DNA of 64,000 nucleotides from Bacteroidia bacterium (GTDB taxonomy: Bacteria; Bacteroidota; Bacteroidia; Chitinophagales; JAUHXS01), in assembly GCA_030426955.1 (NCBI GenBank), contig JAUHXS010000001.1, positions 82,661 through 146,660 of the forward strand, given 5' to 3'. Each line of letters opens with the position of its first letter. Positions within the stretch are counted from its first letter, which is position 1. The translations under genes and the position numbers were made by a program. Shown piece after piece: positions 16,570-27,026 of the stretch. The notes below the pieces were generated by a model that searched no databases, had not been told where the DNA came from, and worked only from the letters and a program-made list of their open reading frames with translations.

Positions 16570-19500
16570 TTATCTTATCAAAGTAACATTGCCCATTAGG
16601 CTGAAGGATTCTCCATTGAGATAGGAGAAATTAGCATGATAAGTGTATATGCCATCAGAATGTAAGTTGCCATTCTTGTTTTTTCCATCCCATTTTATGC
16701 TTTGACTTTGCGATGAAAAGACTAAATTTCCTCTTCTATCAAAAATGTTGGTCTCAATAGCATTAATTCCTTCACCAACTATATAAAAGTAATCATTAAG
16801 GTTGTCACCATTTGGTGAAAAAGCATTTGGGATGTAATATTTGCAATCATTGGCTATAATATAGATAGAGTCTTGACTTGAACATTGCGTGAATGTATCA
16901 ATTTTTATGAGTTTATATAGTTTACTTTCTTGTGGTCTGATGGTTAGCTGACTGAATTGTTCTCCATAGCCGATTATTTCACCATTATTCCAAATATAAT
17001 TTCCTTCATTTTGACTATTACTGGTCTTTAGCACCGTTTCTTGCTCGATGCAGATGGCGCTGTCTGAAGTAGAAAGGTCAAATTCAGGTAAGGAGTTAAC
17101 AGTAACGGTAACATTTTTACCTTGTTGATTGCAAATTGTATTAATGTCTAGCTTCACATTATATGTAGTGGTTTGATCGGGGCTGGCTATCGGAGAGGTT
17201 GATAAGGAGTCGCTTAAACTTGAAGTAGGAGACCAGATAATAGTATCGCTTCCGTTTACAGATAATTGAGCGCTTTCTCCAAAACAAATCGCAGTATCTG
17301 GTGAGGTGAATAGTTCTGGAATGTCTTCTACAGTTACAATCATCGTATCATAGAAGTCACCACATACATCAGTTATTTTTAAAATATACATAGTTGTAGT
17401 ATCGGGAGTGAACGTAGGCTCTACAGAATTTGTGTCACTTATGGTGTTGATATCGCCAGTAGTAAGCCATGAAAATGAAATTCCTTGCATTTCCTCTTCG
17501 CCAATTATTAAACCATCTCCTTTGCATATGATGGTGTCTTCCAATCCTAGTGCTACATCGATTGATTCGTACACGTAAGCATCAAAAAAGTTAGGCAATC
17601 CATAATATACAGCCTTTCCACCTGTTACTATTCCGGGAAGTTTTAGTTCAGGATCCATCCAGTTATTTGGATTATCAATAATACCAACATGCCCAGTGGC
17701 TACTCCAGCTATGTAAATATTTTGATCTGGCCCCATTTGCATAGAGCCGAAAGCGTTTTGTACTGAGTAAGGCCAAGAGGTACTTGGAGGGTCGATCATT
17801 ATTTCCGTTGATACAATGTCAGGATCAAACCTTTTATAACGACATAATCTAGTGCCATCTTCTGAAGATAGATAAAGAATGGAATCATTGGGTGAAAATG
17901 CTGCACCAGCTCCCTTGCAGGATATCGCATCCAGAACAAGGTTTGTAGTTAGTTTGCCATGATCAGCAGGTAGTCCAAATCCATTGTTGAAATCATAGAG
18001 TTCTGGCTCATAGCTATCAAATGAGCTTGCTTCCATCTGACTGACAATCATTTTACCATCTCTACTTGCTACTAAGTCTCCTAATCCCCCGGCATTGGTG
18101 CCTGCAAGGCTTGATATAACTGGAGTATGTGTGACCCCTTGCCCGCAAACCAGAAAGGCGTAAAAAGTATTTTGAAATGCTTTTTCTGCAACAATCCAAT
18201 AATTAAAGTTGTTGTCATGAGATACAGCAACAATTTTTTCTCCAATGGAGTCTATTAACTGTATTTTATTTCCTGAGTATCCTAGGTTTCTGATATAACT
18301 CGTGTCAATATCACCGTATCCATTGTTTAATCGCATATCAACGACCGTATAATATAGCCCGTCGTATTTACCTTGAGGACCTATAAATGGTTTTGCACTT
18401 ACCCCATCTGTTGTGAAAATCCAAAATCTATTTCTGTCACCAATGACGGGAGTAGCAATAACAGACCTTGCTGAGCTCCAATCTCCTGAAAGCATTAAAT
18501 CCCACTCTGCTGGATATTGTGTTCCACTTGCGTTTGGCATAGGGGTATTTGTTCTGTCCCAAATTCTTGTTCCATCTGAATAAAATAGTAAGTTTCCGTC
18601 ATCATCGGCGACGCTAGTGCATCCTTCTTGAGCACTCATTTGGCTTCCAGTTACAGGAGATGGGGGCGTACAGTTAAAGTCTAGCCCAGCATAATTACCA
18701 AAGTACCATTTATGTGAACGAGGGTAAGGAGTTGAGCTAGGATTGCCTATTTGAAAATCTCCTTCTGGATCAGGATTGACAGGAGATGATAGGTTTCCAT
18801 CTATTGTTGCGGTATTAAGTTGAATGTCGATACTATTGCCTTCAATGCCGTTAATATCAGTAGTTATCCAAAAATAATTGATACCCGAATTTAGTGTTGT
18901 ATTTCCGGTTGCATTAAAGTTAAGAGCTGGAGCGTTATTTGTGCTAAATAAAGTTGGTGAGGTAAACTTTTCATTATTACCAGTTGTCCATATTCTTATT
19001 GTGCTAATGTCTGTTACGTTGTCGGTTCCATTGAGAGAACAAGATAGATTGGTTAAGTCTAAGGGGTTTAATGTATAATTAGTGTATACCCTAAACTTCA
19101 TTATCAAAATATCATTTTGCTTAGGGGTAATGCAAACAGAAAAGGGTGTGCCTGCAGTAGGTAAATAGGTGATCGAATCCGGGCAAAAATATTGTTCTGT
19201 TACAATAGAATCAAAAACCATATTGGTGTCGGCTACTATCACCGTATAATCTTCCATATCTCCGTCACCTATGTTGCAAGGCATTAAAGGCGGAACATCT
19301 TGTCCAGAGCCGATTCGCATTCTTGCAGGACCAAGATTTGCAGTTATTGGTACTGTTATTGGTGAAGCGTACATTTGTGCAGCAGAAGTAAGTTCTGTTA
19401 AAGAAAAGTCTTCTCCAGGATCTGCAAAAATACTATCCTGATTCCAGTCTATCCAAGCCTTTGCTGGTTGGTCAATCGTACCGCCACTCAATTCAAGAAA

Positions 19501-19707
19501 ATGGGTTCCTCCTCTGTATACCTTTGTGCTTAAACTTGAATAATCAGCATAGCCTTCTAATAGTGGGCTTCCATTTGAAATACTTCCCATATGAACGGAG
19601 TCTATTCCATTTGCTGTAAACCCAGTCCCAACTGTTGGATTGCAATACTGTGCTTTGGTTAAACTTGGGGTTATTAAAATAAATAAAAATAATAACCTGT
19701 AATTCAT
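16570..19707 (-). CDS. T9SS type B (gliding motility-associated C-terminal domain) giant surface protein with GEVED-like N-terminal domain
   Basis: The C-terminus YIPNAFSPNGDNLNDYFYIVGEGI...FDRRGNLVFSS...WDGKNKNGN...GIYTY is the canonical CHU_C/type B sorting domain. GDMEDYTV is GEVED-like. The start is taken at the internal Met (MNYRLLFLFILITPSLTKAQ, signal peptide) at 19707, not 19767. Confidence 0.85.
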   Translation of the reverse strand: MNYRLLFLFILITPSLTKAQYCNPTVGTGFTANGIDSVHMGSISNGSPLLEGYADYSSLSTKVYRGGTHFLELSGGTIDQPAKAWIDWNQDSIFADPGEDFSLTELTSAAQMYASPITVPITANLGPARMRIGSGQDVPPLMPCNIGDGDMEDYTVIVADTNMVFDSIVTEQYFCPDSITYLPTAGTPFSVCITPKQNDILIMKFRVYTNYTLNPLDLTNLSCSLNGTDNVTDISTIRIWTTGNNEKFTSPTLFSTNNAPALNFNATGNTTLNSGINYFWITTDINGIEGNSIDIQLNTATIDGNLSSPVNPDPEGDFQIGNPSSTPYPRSHKWYFGNYAGLDFNCTPPSPVTGSQMSAQEGCTSVADDDGNLLFYSDGTRIWDRTNTPMPNASGTQYPAEWDLMLSGDWSSARSVIATPVIGDRNRFWIFTTDGVSAKPFIGPQGKYDGLYYTVVDMRLNNGYGDIDTSYIRNLGYSGNKIQLIDSIGEKIVAVSHDNNFNYWIVAEKAFQNTFYAFLVCGQGVTHTPVISSLAGTNAGGLGDLVASRDGKMIVSQMEASSFDSYEPELYDFNNGFGLPADHGKLTTNLVLDAISCKGAGAAFSPNDSILYLSSEDGTRLCRYKRFDPDIVSTEIMIDPPSTSWPYSVQNAFGSMQMGPDQNIYIAGVATGHVGIIDNPNNWMDPELKLPGIVTGGKAVYYGLPNFFDAYVYESIDVALGLEDTIICKGDGLIIGEEEMQGISFSWLTTGDINTISDTNSVEPTFTPDTTTMYILKITDVCGDFYDTMIVTVEDIPELFTSPDTAICFGESAQLSVNGSDTIIWSPTSSLSDSLSTSPIASPDQTTTYNVKLDINTICNQQGKNVTVTVNSLPEFDLSTSDSAICIEQETVLKTSNSQNEGNYIWNNGEIIGYGEQFSQLTIRPQESKLYKLIKIDTFTQCSSQDSIYIIANDCKYYIPNAFSPNGDNLNDYFYIVGEGINAIETNIFDRRGNLVFSSQSQSIKWDGKNKNGNLHSDGIYTYHANFSYLNGESFSLMGNVTLIR

Positions 19708-19867
19708 TTGATTGACAACATTGTTATTGCCAATAATAGGACTTATTTTAATTACTTTTGGGTACAAAATCTATTTATATTAGAAATCTGATATTAATTT
19801 TAAGAATTTATTTTGTTGAAAATCAATAAAATGATTTTATTTTTTGTCCTGAAAAATTGCTCTTTTA

Positions 19868-21358
19868 ATGAAGAAAGATGATTTGACTTTATTACTTAAT
19901 AGGTTGTCTCCTTCCGAAAAGAGATTTTTTAGGTTGTTTGCTGATTTATATGAACGTCCTAAAAAGTACAATACACTATTTGATAAATTACTTGAATCAT
20001 TAGATAATCCAAATTCAAATAAAAACACAATAGGCGCTCCATCAATGAGGCATTACTTGTTGAATCTATTGCTGAAAAGTTTGGTCGTGCAATACAATGG
20101 AAAGTCTTATTATTCGAGCTTTCAAGTATTGTCTGATCAGTTTGTTGTATTGTATGACAAAGGAATGATGTCTAAGCTAATAAGTCAACTGGCAAAAGCT
20201 AAGAAAAGAGCGATTAGAGCAGAGAGCATGTTGTTTTATCTTGATGTCATAAGATGGGAAAAGAGGTTGGTGAGTGATGGGGTTCTGCAAAGAAATATAG
20301 ATGATCTTGTTATAGAAGAACAAGAAGCTATTGATAAAATCACGCAACTTAATAAACAACAGAACGCTGCAATCAAAGTATCACAAAAAATAAAAAAACT
20401 AGGTAAAAGTAGAGCGAAAGAGGATTATCTAGAGATTGAAAAACTAATTGACGAATTAAAAAGCAAATTGAAAAATGGATCTGCTAATACAGCAAGAGGA
20501 TTATATTACCTAAATTATATTCATGGATCCTATGCTTATGCCTGTGGCAAAATAGAAGAAGGAGTGGAATTTCTGAGAAAGGCATTAGAGGTAATTGATC
20601 TATATAAAGAGGATAGTCTAATAGATACAATTGAGTATTTAAGAGTTCGTCATAATTATATATTTTTGCTTGCTATTTCTGGTTTTGAGTTAGATTCAAA
20701 AAAAGAAATGAAACATCTTATGCAGTTTCAAAGCAGTTATGATTCTGCAGCTATTCTTCAAACAGAATCTGTTATTGTTTTAAGTCTATCTGACTTTTCA
20801 TCTAGGACCGCATATGCTGAGTTCGAACTTTTTGTTAAAGAGTATTTTGATCTAAAATGGAAGGCTTATGGATCATATATGTCGAGTTTCTCCAGAATTA
20901 ATATATTTTATTCGATCGGTAACTTGTACTTTGGCCTTGGCAAATTTGAAGAGTCTGTAAGTTGGTTTGATAAACTATTATCTGAGCCAAATACTAAGCA
21001 GAGAAAGGATATGTACAACTTTTCTAAAGTTATCAGTTTGATTTGTCATTTTGAATTAGGACACAGCATTTATGTTCACCAAGTCATGAGTTCTTTGTAT
21101 AAACACCTTTACAGGACGAAACGTTTATATAAAGGAGAAAGTATTATTATCAAGTTTATTAAAGAGTTTCAAAATGCTTCTATAAAAGAGCTAAAACAAG
21201 AAATAGCAAAATCAGCCTTGTTGAACATACAAAGACTGAGAGCAGATCCTTATGAAAAAAACATATTTCACTACTTTCATTTTGACTCCTGGCTGGAAAC
21301 CAAGAGTCAAAAAATAAGTTTTGAGGATGCTGTTAAGAAAAAGAATGCAAATATTTAG
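19868..21358 (+). CDS. hypothetical protein, all-helical (TPR-like)
   Basis: 496-aa ORF with no overlap. The helical repeat character (e.g. YYLNYIHGSYAYACGKIEEGVEFLRKALEV) suggests a TPR-like fold. I recognised no catalytic motif. Confidence 0.4.
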   Translation: MKKDDLTLLLNRLSPSEKRFFRLFADLYERPKKYNTLFDKLLESLDNPNSNKNTIGAPSMRHYLLNLLLKSLVVQYNGKSYYSSFQVLSDQFVVLYDKGMMSKLISQLAKAKKRAIRAESMLFYLDVIRWEKRLVSDGVLQRNIDDLVIEEQEAIDKITQLNKQQNAAIKVSQKIKKLGKSRAKEDYLEIEKLIDELKSKLKNGSANTARGLYYLNYIHGSYAYACGKIEEGVEFLRKALEVIDLYKEDSLIDTIEYLRVRHNYIFLLAISGFELDSKKEMKHLMQFQSSYDSAAILQTESVIVLSLSDFSSRTAYAEFELFVKEYFDLKWKAYGSYMSSFSRINIFYSIGNLYFGLGKFEESVSWFDKLLSEPNTKQRKDMYNFSKVISLICHFELGHSIYVHQVMSSLYKHLYRTKRLYKGESIIIKFIKEFQNASIKELKQEIAKSALLNIQRLRADPYEKNIFHYFHFDSWLETKSQKISFEDAVKKKNANI

Positions 21359-21361
21359 AAG

Positions 21362-21922
21362 CTAAAATAGATGAAGTTTCAAGCCCACACCAGCCGAGAA
21401 ATTTCCATTAGCATGATTTATGAAGCTGGGTTGAATATCTAGACTAAGGTCATCGCTAATATCAAATCCACTTAGATGGGCATCTACATTGGCGTCAATG
21501 ATCTGTAATAGGTAAACACCCGCCATCATGATAACGTTGATTTCCATGTTTTTTCTATAAGCTTCTAGCTCGGATAATGCAAATGCATCGGTAAAACCAC
21601 TGGCTTCATATTGCTTTAGGTTTTGATTGTATAGTACCCTGTTGTTATTAAAAACATATCCAAGTACTCCTAACCCACCATAGATGATAGGCATTTTCCA
21701 GTATTTTCTATTGTAGGCTTGACCTAATCCAGGAAATAGTGAAAGCAAAGTTGCAGTCTTGGGGTTTCTAGGTTTTAGGTCCTTTGAGGTTGTGTCAATA
21801 GCAGGTGCTTTTTGTTTGATTTCGGAAATAGGCTTTATGGTATCTTGTCCTCTCGAAGAAAGGCAGGTAAAAAGTAAAACAACAAATAAAAAGCTAAGCC
21901 TAATCAATGTATTAATCGTCAA
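21362..21922 (-). CDS. DUF5683 domain-containing protein
   Basis: LLSLFPGLGQAYNRKYWKMPIIYGGLG is the signature of DUF5683. In Bacteroidota this family usually sits directly downstream of parB. Confidence 0.65.
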   Translation of the reverse strand: MTINTLIRLSFLFVVLLFTCLSSRGQDTIKPISEIKQKAPAIDTTSKDLKPRNPKTATLLSLFPGLGQAYNRKYWKMPIIYGGLGVLGYVFNNNRVLYNQNLKQYEASGFTDAFALSELEAYRKNMEINVIMMAGVYLLQIIDANVDAHLSGFDISDDLSLDIQPSFINHANGNFSAGVGLKLHLF

Positions 21923-22805
21923 GCAATTCTAATATTCGATTGAGATCATCATCTGAAAAGTAGGAAATAACAATTTCCCCTCTACCATTTGACTTATGTT
22001 TTAAAGCCACTTTCGTGCTTAATCTAGATGTCAGTTGATTTTGTATGTTTTTGTATTCAGTTGGTAAGGATGGGGTAGTAGATTTCTTTCTGCTCTTTGC
22101 AGCACTTTCACTGTATTCTCTTACTAGCTGTTCTGTTCCTCTTACAGAAAGCCCTTTTTGTACAATTGTATTGTAAATATCAGTTTGAGAAATGGGATCA
22201 TCGATACTCACAATAGCCCTTGCATGTCCCATGCTGATCTTTTTATCTTTAATTCCAATTTGAATGCTTGGTGGAAGTTTTAAAAGACGCAAATAATTAG
22301 AAATAGTAGATCGATTTTTTCCAATACGTTCTCCAAGCTCATCCTGTTTTAAGTCACATTCATCAATAAGCCTCTGATAGTTAATCGCCACTTCCAGCGC
22401 ATTAAGGTCCTCTCTTTGAATGTTTTCAATAAGCCCCATTTCCAGCATCCCTTGATCGTCTGCTGTTCTTACATAAGCCGGAACCTCTTTGAGCTTTGCT
22501 AATCTTGATGCTCGAACCCTTCTTTCACCAGAGATTAACTGGAATTTATTTCCTAGCTTTCTAACCGTTATCGGTTGAATAAGTCCATGTACTTTGATAG
22601 ACTGTGAAAGTTCTTCTAATGATTGCTTGTCAAACTCGGTTCTTGGTTGATAGGGATTAACCTCAATTTGATCAACCTTTACCAGTAAAAAATCTTTGTT
22701 ATCTGACTTGCTGCCTAGCGTTGAACTGCTTAAATCAGGTTTGTCATCGATTGTTTCAAGTAAGGCTCTGATTCCCTTGCCTAATGCTTCCTTTTTCTTG
22801 CTCAT
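21912..22805 (-). CDS. parB: chromosome partitioning protein ParB
   Basis: Contains IQPITVRK...FQLISGERRVRAS (ParB box) and an HTH region. It overlaps parA by 4 nt. Confidence 0.92.
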   Translation of the reverse strand: MSKKKEALGKGIRALLETIDDKPDLSSSTLGSKSDNKDFLLVKVDQIEVNPYQPRTEFDKQSLEELSQSIKVHGLIQPITVRKLGNKFQLISGERRVRASRLAKLKEVPAYVRTADDQGMLEMGLIENIQREDLNALEVAINYQRLIDECDLKQDELGERIGKNRSTISNYLRLLKLPPSIQIGIKDKKISMGHARAIVSIDDPISQTDIYNTIVQKGLSVRGTEQLVREYSESAAKSRKKSTTPSLPTEYKNIQNQLTSRLSTKVALKHKSNGRGEIVISYFSDDDLNRILELLDD

Positions 22806-23608
22806 TTTACATCTAATACTTTGTCAGCTTCCTTGATTTTCGTAATGTCATTCTTTTGTAATACCTCCCTAGCAAGGTTGAGGTAATTTTTTGCCCCTGT
22901 ACTAGAGGCATCATACATCAAGATTGGTTTTCCAGTACTTGGTGCTTCAGCAACCTTTGTATTTCTGTGAACGATTGTGTCAAATACTAAGTCTTGAAAA
23001 TGTCGTTGCACTTCAGTTACTACCTCATTAGAGAGTCGGAGTCTTTGATCATACATTGTTAACAGAATGCCTTCAATTTCCAAATCTTCATTTAATCTGT
23101 TTTGTACAATTTTGATCGTGTTTAATAGTTTTCCCAAGCCTTCTAGTGCAAAGAACTCACATTGAACAGGTATTGCAACAGAATCAGAAGCAGATAGGGC
23201 GTTTACTGTAATTAAGCCCAGAGAAGGAGAACAGTCAATGATGATAAAATCATAGATTTTCCTTAATGGTTTAATAACCCGCTTCATGATCTTTTCTCGA
23301 TTGGGATGATTAATCAATTCTATCTCGGCACCGACTAGATCAAGGTGGGAGGGAAGCAAATGAAGAAATGGAATATCTGTTTCTAAAATAATGTCTTTAG
23401 CGTTGGCTTCATCAATTAAGCATTCGTAAACACTTGTTTTTACATTTTTCGGGTCAAAGCCCATTCCCGAGGTTGCATTGGCTTGTGGATCTACATCAAT
23501 GACCAACGTTTTGTATTCAAGAGCTGCAAGGCTTGCAGCAAGATTAATCGTAGAGGTAGTTTTTCCTACACCGCCTTTTTGATTTGCCAGACTAATAACT
23601 TTTGCCAT
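22802..23608 (-). CDS. parA: chromosome partitioning ATPase ParA (Soj)
   Basis: Has the deviant Walker A NQKGGVGKTTSTINLA and VIDVDPQANATSG. Confidence 0.92.
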   Translation of the reverse strand: MAKVISLANQKGGVGKTTSTINLAASLAALEYKTLVIDVDPQANATSGMGFDPKNVKTSVYECLIDEANAKDIILETDIPFLHLLPSHLDLVGAEIELINHPNREKIMKRVIKPLRKIYDFIIIDCSPSLGLITVNALSASDSVAIPVQCEFFALEGLGKLLNTIKIVQNRLNEDLEIEGILLTMYDQRLRLSNEVVTEVQRHFQDLVFDTIVHRNTKVAEAPSTGKPILMYDASSTGAKNYLNLAREVLQKNDITKIKEADKVLDVK

Positions 23609-23611
23609 ATT

Positions 23612-24292
23612 TTAAAATTCCTTCGTTTCTCCAATATTCATTAAAATCAATTCCTTTCCAGATGCTTTAAATGTATTTATTGCTTTCTCTCTATCAATAC
23701 TTATGGGAGGGAATGTATCGTAATGCATTCCTATTACTTTTTTACATTCAGTAAAATCAGCAGCTAAAACAGCATCATTAACTCCCATAGTAAAAGTGTC
23801 TCCAATGGGTAAAAAAGATAAATCAAGTTTTGCTGACATTGGGATTAACTTCATGTCCATTGTTAATGCCGTATCTCCGGCATAGTAGAAATTTTTGTCA
23901 TTGCTTGTGAGAACAAACCCTCCTGGGTTCCCGCCATAAGTGCCATCTGGTAGTATGCTTGAATGCACTGCGTTGACATACTTGGCATTTATGCCTTCAA
24001 GATTTACATTGCCACCATGATTCATTGGGTGAACATTTTTTATTCCTTGAACGGTTAACCAATTAATAATTTCAAAGTTTGAGATAACTCTGGCTCCAGT
24101 ATTCTTAGCTATTGCAACTGCATCGGCAACGTGGTCTTCATGTCCGTGGGAGATAAGTATGTAATCTGCTTTAATCGACATGATGTCAATATCTTTTGCA
24201 AGATCATTAGGAGTAACAAACGGATCAAAAAGCAAATGTTTGCCCTCTAGTAATATGCCAAAACAAGAATGTCCGTAATAAGTGATTTCCAT
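23612..24292 (-). CDS. metal-dependent hydrolase, MBL fold (UPF0173-like)
   Basis: 226 aa with ISHGHEDHVADA (HxHxDH). The size and layout fit the UPF0173 family. Confidence 0.8.
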   Translation of the reverse strand: MEITYYGHSCFGILLEGKHLLFDPFVTPNDLAKDIDIMSIKADYILISHGHEDHVADAVAIAKNTGARVISNFEIINWLTVQGIKNVHPMNHGGNVNLEGINAKYVNAVHSSILPDGTYGGNPGGFVLTSNDKNFYYAGDTALTMDMKLIPMSAKLDLSFLPIGDTFTMGVNDAVLAADFTECKKVIGMHYDTFPPISIDREKAINTFKASGKELILMNIGETKEF

Positions 24293-24486
24293 AAGTGGTG
24301 CAAAATATAATTGAAACCAATTATAAAGTTAGGCATAAAGCCTATTTTGATCAATTTATAAGTAAGCCAATTACTAACGAATTGTTTCAGACTTATCCAC
24401 ATTTCAAAGCTCTTGAGCTATGAATGTTCATTTCTTAGCCACATTTTGAATATATCGAATAGATTTTAATGCTATTTTAGTCGTCC

Positions 24487-25023
24487 ATGAGTAAAGTGGA
24501 TAAGTATGTCGTCATCGCGGGTACTAACCGACCTCAAAGTAATACTAAGAAAGTAGCTAGTCAATACTTTGAAATGGTAAAAAGAAAAGGTGTAGATGTT
24601 GAATTGGTATGTCTTAAAGATGTTGACTGGGCATTTTATGATCCTAATCACTATACCAAAATTCAGCAAAGTGGTATTGACTTTCAGGAAAGGATAATGA
24701 TTCCTGCTACAAAGTTTTTATTCGTTGCTCCTGAGTATAATGGCAGTATTCCTGGGATATTAAAACTGTTTATAGATGCTTGTAATGTAAAGGAATCTTT
24801 TCATTTTAAAAAAGCTTGCTTGGTAGGGTTAGGATCGGGTAGAGGAGGTAATATGAGAGGGCTGGATCATCTAACAGGTATTTTGAATTATTTGAATATT
24901 GACGTTTACCATAAAGAAGTCACTTTGCCCGACATTAATAACAAGTTGAGGGATGGAAGGTTGTTTGATGAAGGTATTTTGAAGCGTATTGAAAAACAAA
25001 TTGAAGGATTTATAAAATTTTAA
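24487..25023 (+). CDS. NAD(P)H-dependent oxidoreductase (FMN reductase family)
   Basis: 178 aa. Contains VVIAGTNRPQSNTKKVA...FVAPEYNGSIPGILKLFID. It is a paralog class of the 14746-15318 gene. Confidence 0.75.
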   Translation: MSKVDKYVVIAGTNRPQSNTKKVASQYFEMVKRKGVDVELVCLKDVDWAFYDPNHYTKIQQSGIDFQERIMIPATKFLFVAPEYNGSIPGILKLFIDACNVKESFHFKKACLVGLGSGRGGNMRGLDHLTGILNYLNIDVYHKEVTLPDINNKLRDGRLFDEGILKRIEKQIEGFIKF

Positions 25024-25024
25024 A

Positions 25025-26674
25025 ATGCAAAAATATTTACGATTATTCTCGATAGTATTTGTTGTTGGATTATTGTCTTCTTGTGGAGGTGGTAAAAAAC
25101 AAGTTCCGAAAAAAATATTTAGATATAACGAATCTGCAGGGCTGATATCTCTAGATCCTGCATTTGCAAAAGATCAGGCAGTTATTTGGGCTACCAACCA
25201 ACTATTTAATGGCTTAGTGCAGATTAGCAATGATTTAGAAATAAAGCCCTGTATTGCCAAGTCCTGGGATATATCTGAAGACGGACTGGTCTACACTTTC
25301 CATCTTCGTAACGATGTTTTTTTTCACGATCATGATTTATTTGAAGGGGGCAAGGGTAGAAGGCTTGTAGCAAACGATGTTGTTTACAGCTTCAAGAGAG
25401 TTATGAATCCCCAAACAGCATCTCCGGGAGCCTGGATATTCAACGATAAAGTCGATACAGAGCAGCCTTTTTTAGCGCTTAACGACTCAACTTTTCAATT
25501 AAAATTAAAAGCGCCGTTTCGTCCAATGCTTGGAGTGCTTACCATGCAGTATTGCTCTGTCGTTCCAGAAGAGATTGTAACACATTATGGTAAAGATTTT
25601 AGAAAAAATCCAATAGGAACCGGACCTTTTAAGTTGAAGATATGGGAAGAAGGAGTCGTTTTGACAATGGTTAAAAATGGTAATTACTTTGAAATGGAAA
25701 ATGGCAAAAAGTTGCCATTCTTGGACGGCGTTAAGATAGAGTTTGCCGAGAATAAACATACTGCATTTTTAAATTTTATGTCGGGTGAATTGGATTTTTT
25801 CTCCGGTATTGATCCAAGTTTTAAAGATGATGTGATTGACAAAGATGGCACACTAAAAAAGGAGTATTCGGATAAAATTAACCTTTACAAAACACCTTAT
25901 CTAAACACAGAATATTTAGGCGTTTTGGTTGATCCGTCAAACCCAGCTATGGAAGAAAATCCGTTAAGCGATAAGTTGGTTAGAAAAGCGATTAATCATG
26001 GGTTTGATAGAAAACAAATGATTTCTTTTATGCGAAACAATATTGGAACACCTGCTGTATCTGGCTTCTTGCCAAAAGGATTACCTTCTTATCACGATCA
26101 TGCGGTTACAGGGTATGAGTACGATCCTGAGTTGGCCAGAAAGCTACTTTCAGATGCAGGTTATCCTAATGGTGAGGATATGCCAGAAGTACTCTTATTT
26201 ACTAATCCTTCTTATGTTGACTTTTGCACCTATATACAACGACAGTTGTCAGAAATAGGTGTCTCCATCGAGTTAGAAATAGTACAACCTGGTTTGCTCA
26301 GGGATTTAATGGCCAGATCAGAAGCAAGTTTTTTCAGAGGTTCTTGGATTGCAGACTATCCGGATGGAGAAAGTTATTTGGGGATGTTTTACAGTAAAAA
26401 CCCTGCTCCTCCAAACTATACCCGATTTTCTAATACAAAATTTGATAGCTTATATGAAGCGTCATTAAATGAAAACAATGATGCTAAACGTTATACAATG
26501 TATCAGGAAATGGATCGGATTGTTATCGAAGAAGCTCCTGTGATCCCGCTTTTTTATGACGAAGTCGTACGATTTATAAGAAAAGACGTTAAAGGATTAG
26601 CAGGTAATCCTATCAATTTGCTGATCTTGAAAAATGTGGACTTTCAATTGAAAAAAAGTGCTAAGACTTCTTAA
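25025..26674 (+). CDS. ABC transporter substrate-binding lipoprotein, family 5 (peptide/nickel type)
   Basis: 549 aa with lipobox LLSSCGGG. The sequence is SBP_bac_5-like throughout (e.g. FRYNESAGLISLDPAFA, WIADYPDGESYL). No permease or ATPase genes are adjacent. Confidence 0.85.
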   Translation: MQKYLRLFSIVFVVGLLSSCGGGKKQVPKKIFRYNESAGLISLDPAFAKDQAVIWATNQLFNGLVQISNDLEIKPCIAKSWDISEDGLVYTFHLRNDVFFHDHDLFEGGKGRRLVANDVVYSFKRVMNPQTASPGAWIFNDKVDTEQPFLALNDSTFQLKLKAPFRPMLGVLTMQYCSVVPEEIVTHYGKDFRKNPIGTGPFKLKIWEEGVVLTMVKNGNYFEMENGKKLPFLDGVKIEFAENKHTAFLNFMSGELDFFSGIDPSFKDDVIDKDGTLKKEYSDKINLYKTPYLNTEYLGVLVDPSNPAMEENPLSDKLVRKAINHGFDRKQMISFMRNNIGTPAVSGFLPKGLPSYHDHAVTGYEYDPELARKLLSDAGYPNGEDMPEVLLFTNPSYVDFCTYIQRQLSEIGVSIELEIVQPGLLRDLMARSEASFFRGSWIADYPDGESYLGMFYSKNPAPPNYTRFSNTKFDSLYEASLNENNDAKRYTMYQEMDRIVIEEAPVIPLFYDEVVRFIRKDVKGLAGNPINLLILKNVDFQLKKSAKTS

Positions 26675-26895
26675 TACGGTCTAGTCTTAGGAGATTTTCT
26701 AAATTAATCGGTATTAGTTGTAGGCGCGATTTCTTTTAAGGTTCGTTAAAGAGAGCGTTTAATTTCTTCTATTCACTACTAGCTGCTGCAAATCATTAAC
26801 ATCTTTTCATTAGGAATAGTAAAATGAAAGGATTTTTATCTCTAAAAAAGGCACTGAAATTACTATCATTGATACAACTAATAAAACTTAAACTC

Positions 26896-27012
26896 ATGAA
26901 CAAGATTAAAACAGTAAAAAAGTTAAACTACAAAGAGCTAGTAAAAATAGCGGGTAAAGGTTTAGACCAAATAGGAGCAATTGGCATGTATAATGCTTTA
27001 AAAAAACGATAA
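26896..27012 (+). CDS. small double-glycine-leader peptide, paralog 1 (38 aa)
   Basis: MNKIKTVKKLNYKELVKIAGKGLDQIGAIGMYNALKKR aligns along its whole length with the two following small ORFs. The start is chosen at the internal Met of track ORF 26824-27012 because it aligns with the paralog N-termini. Confidence 0.6.
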   Translation: MNKIKTVKKLNYKELVKIAGKGLDQIGAIGMYNALKKR

Positions 27013-27026
27013 TAAAAATTAAAAGG

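Noticed and set aside
24393-24401. Perfect DnaA box TTATCCACA near parAB (and a near-match TGTGGATAT near 46746), considered as a possible oriC
   Set aside because: Only single isolated boxes are present. There is no cluster of boxes, no adjacent AT-rich unwinding element that I could define, and no dnaA or dnaN nearby. This is insufficient for an origin call.
26824-26895. Longer 62-aa form of peptide 1 (MKGFLSLKKALKLLSLIQLIKLKL extension), and the 75-aa minus-strand ORF at 26906-27133
   Set aside because: The extension has no counterpart in paralogs 2 and 3, whose N-termini align with the internal Met at 26896. It cannot be excluded experimentally. The minus-strand ORF runs antisense through two of the three aligned paralogs and has no supporting features.
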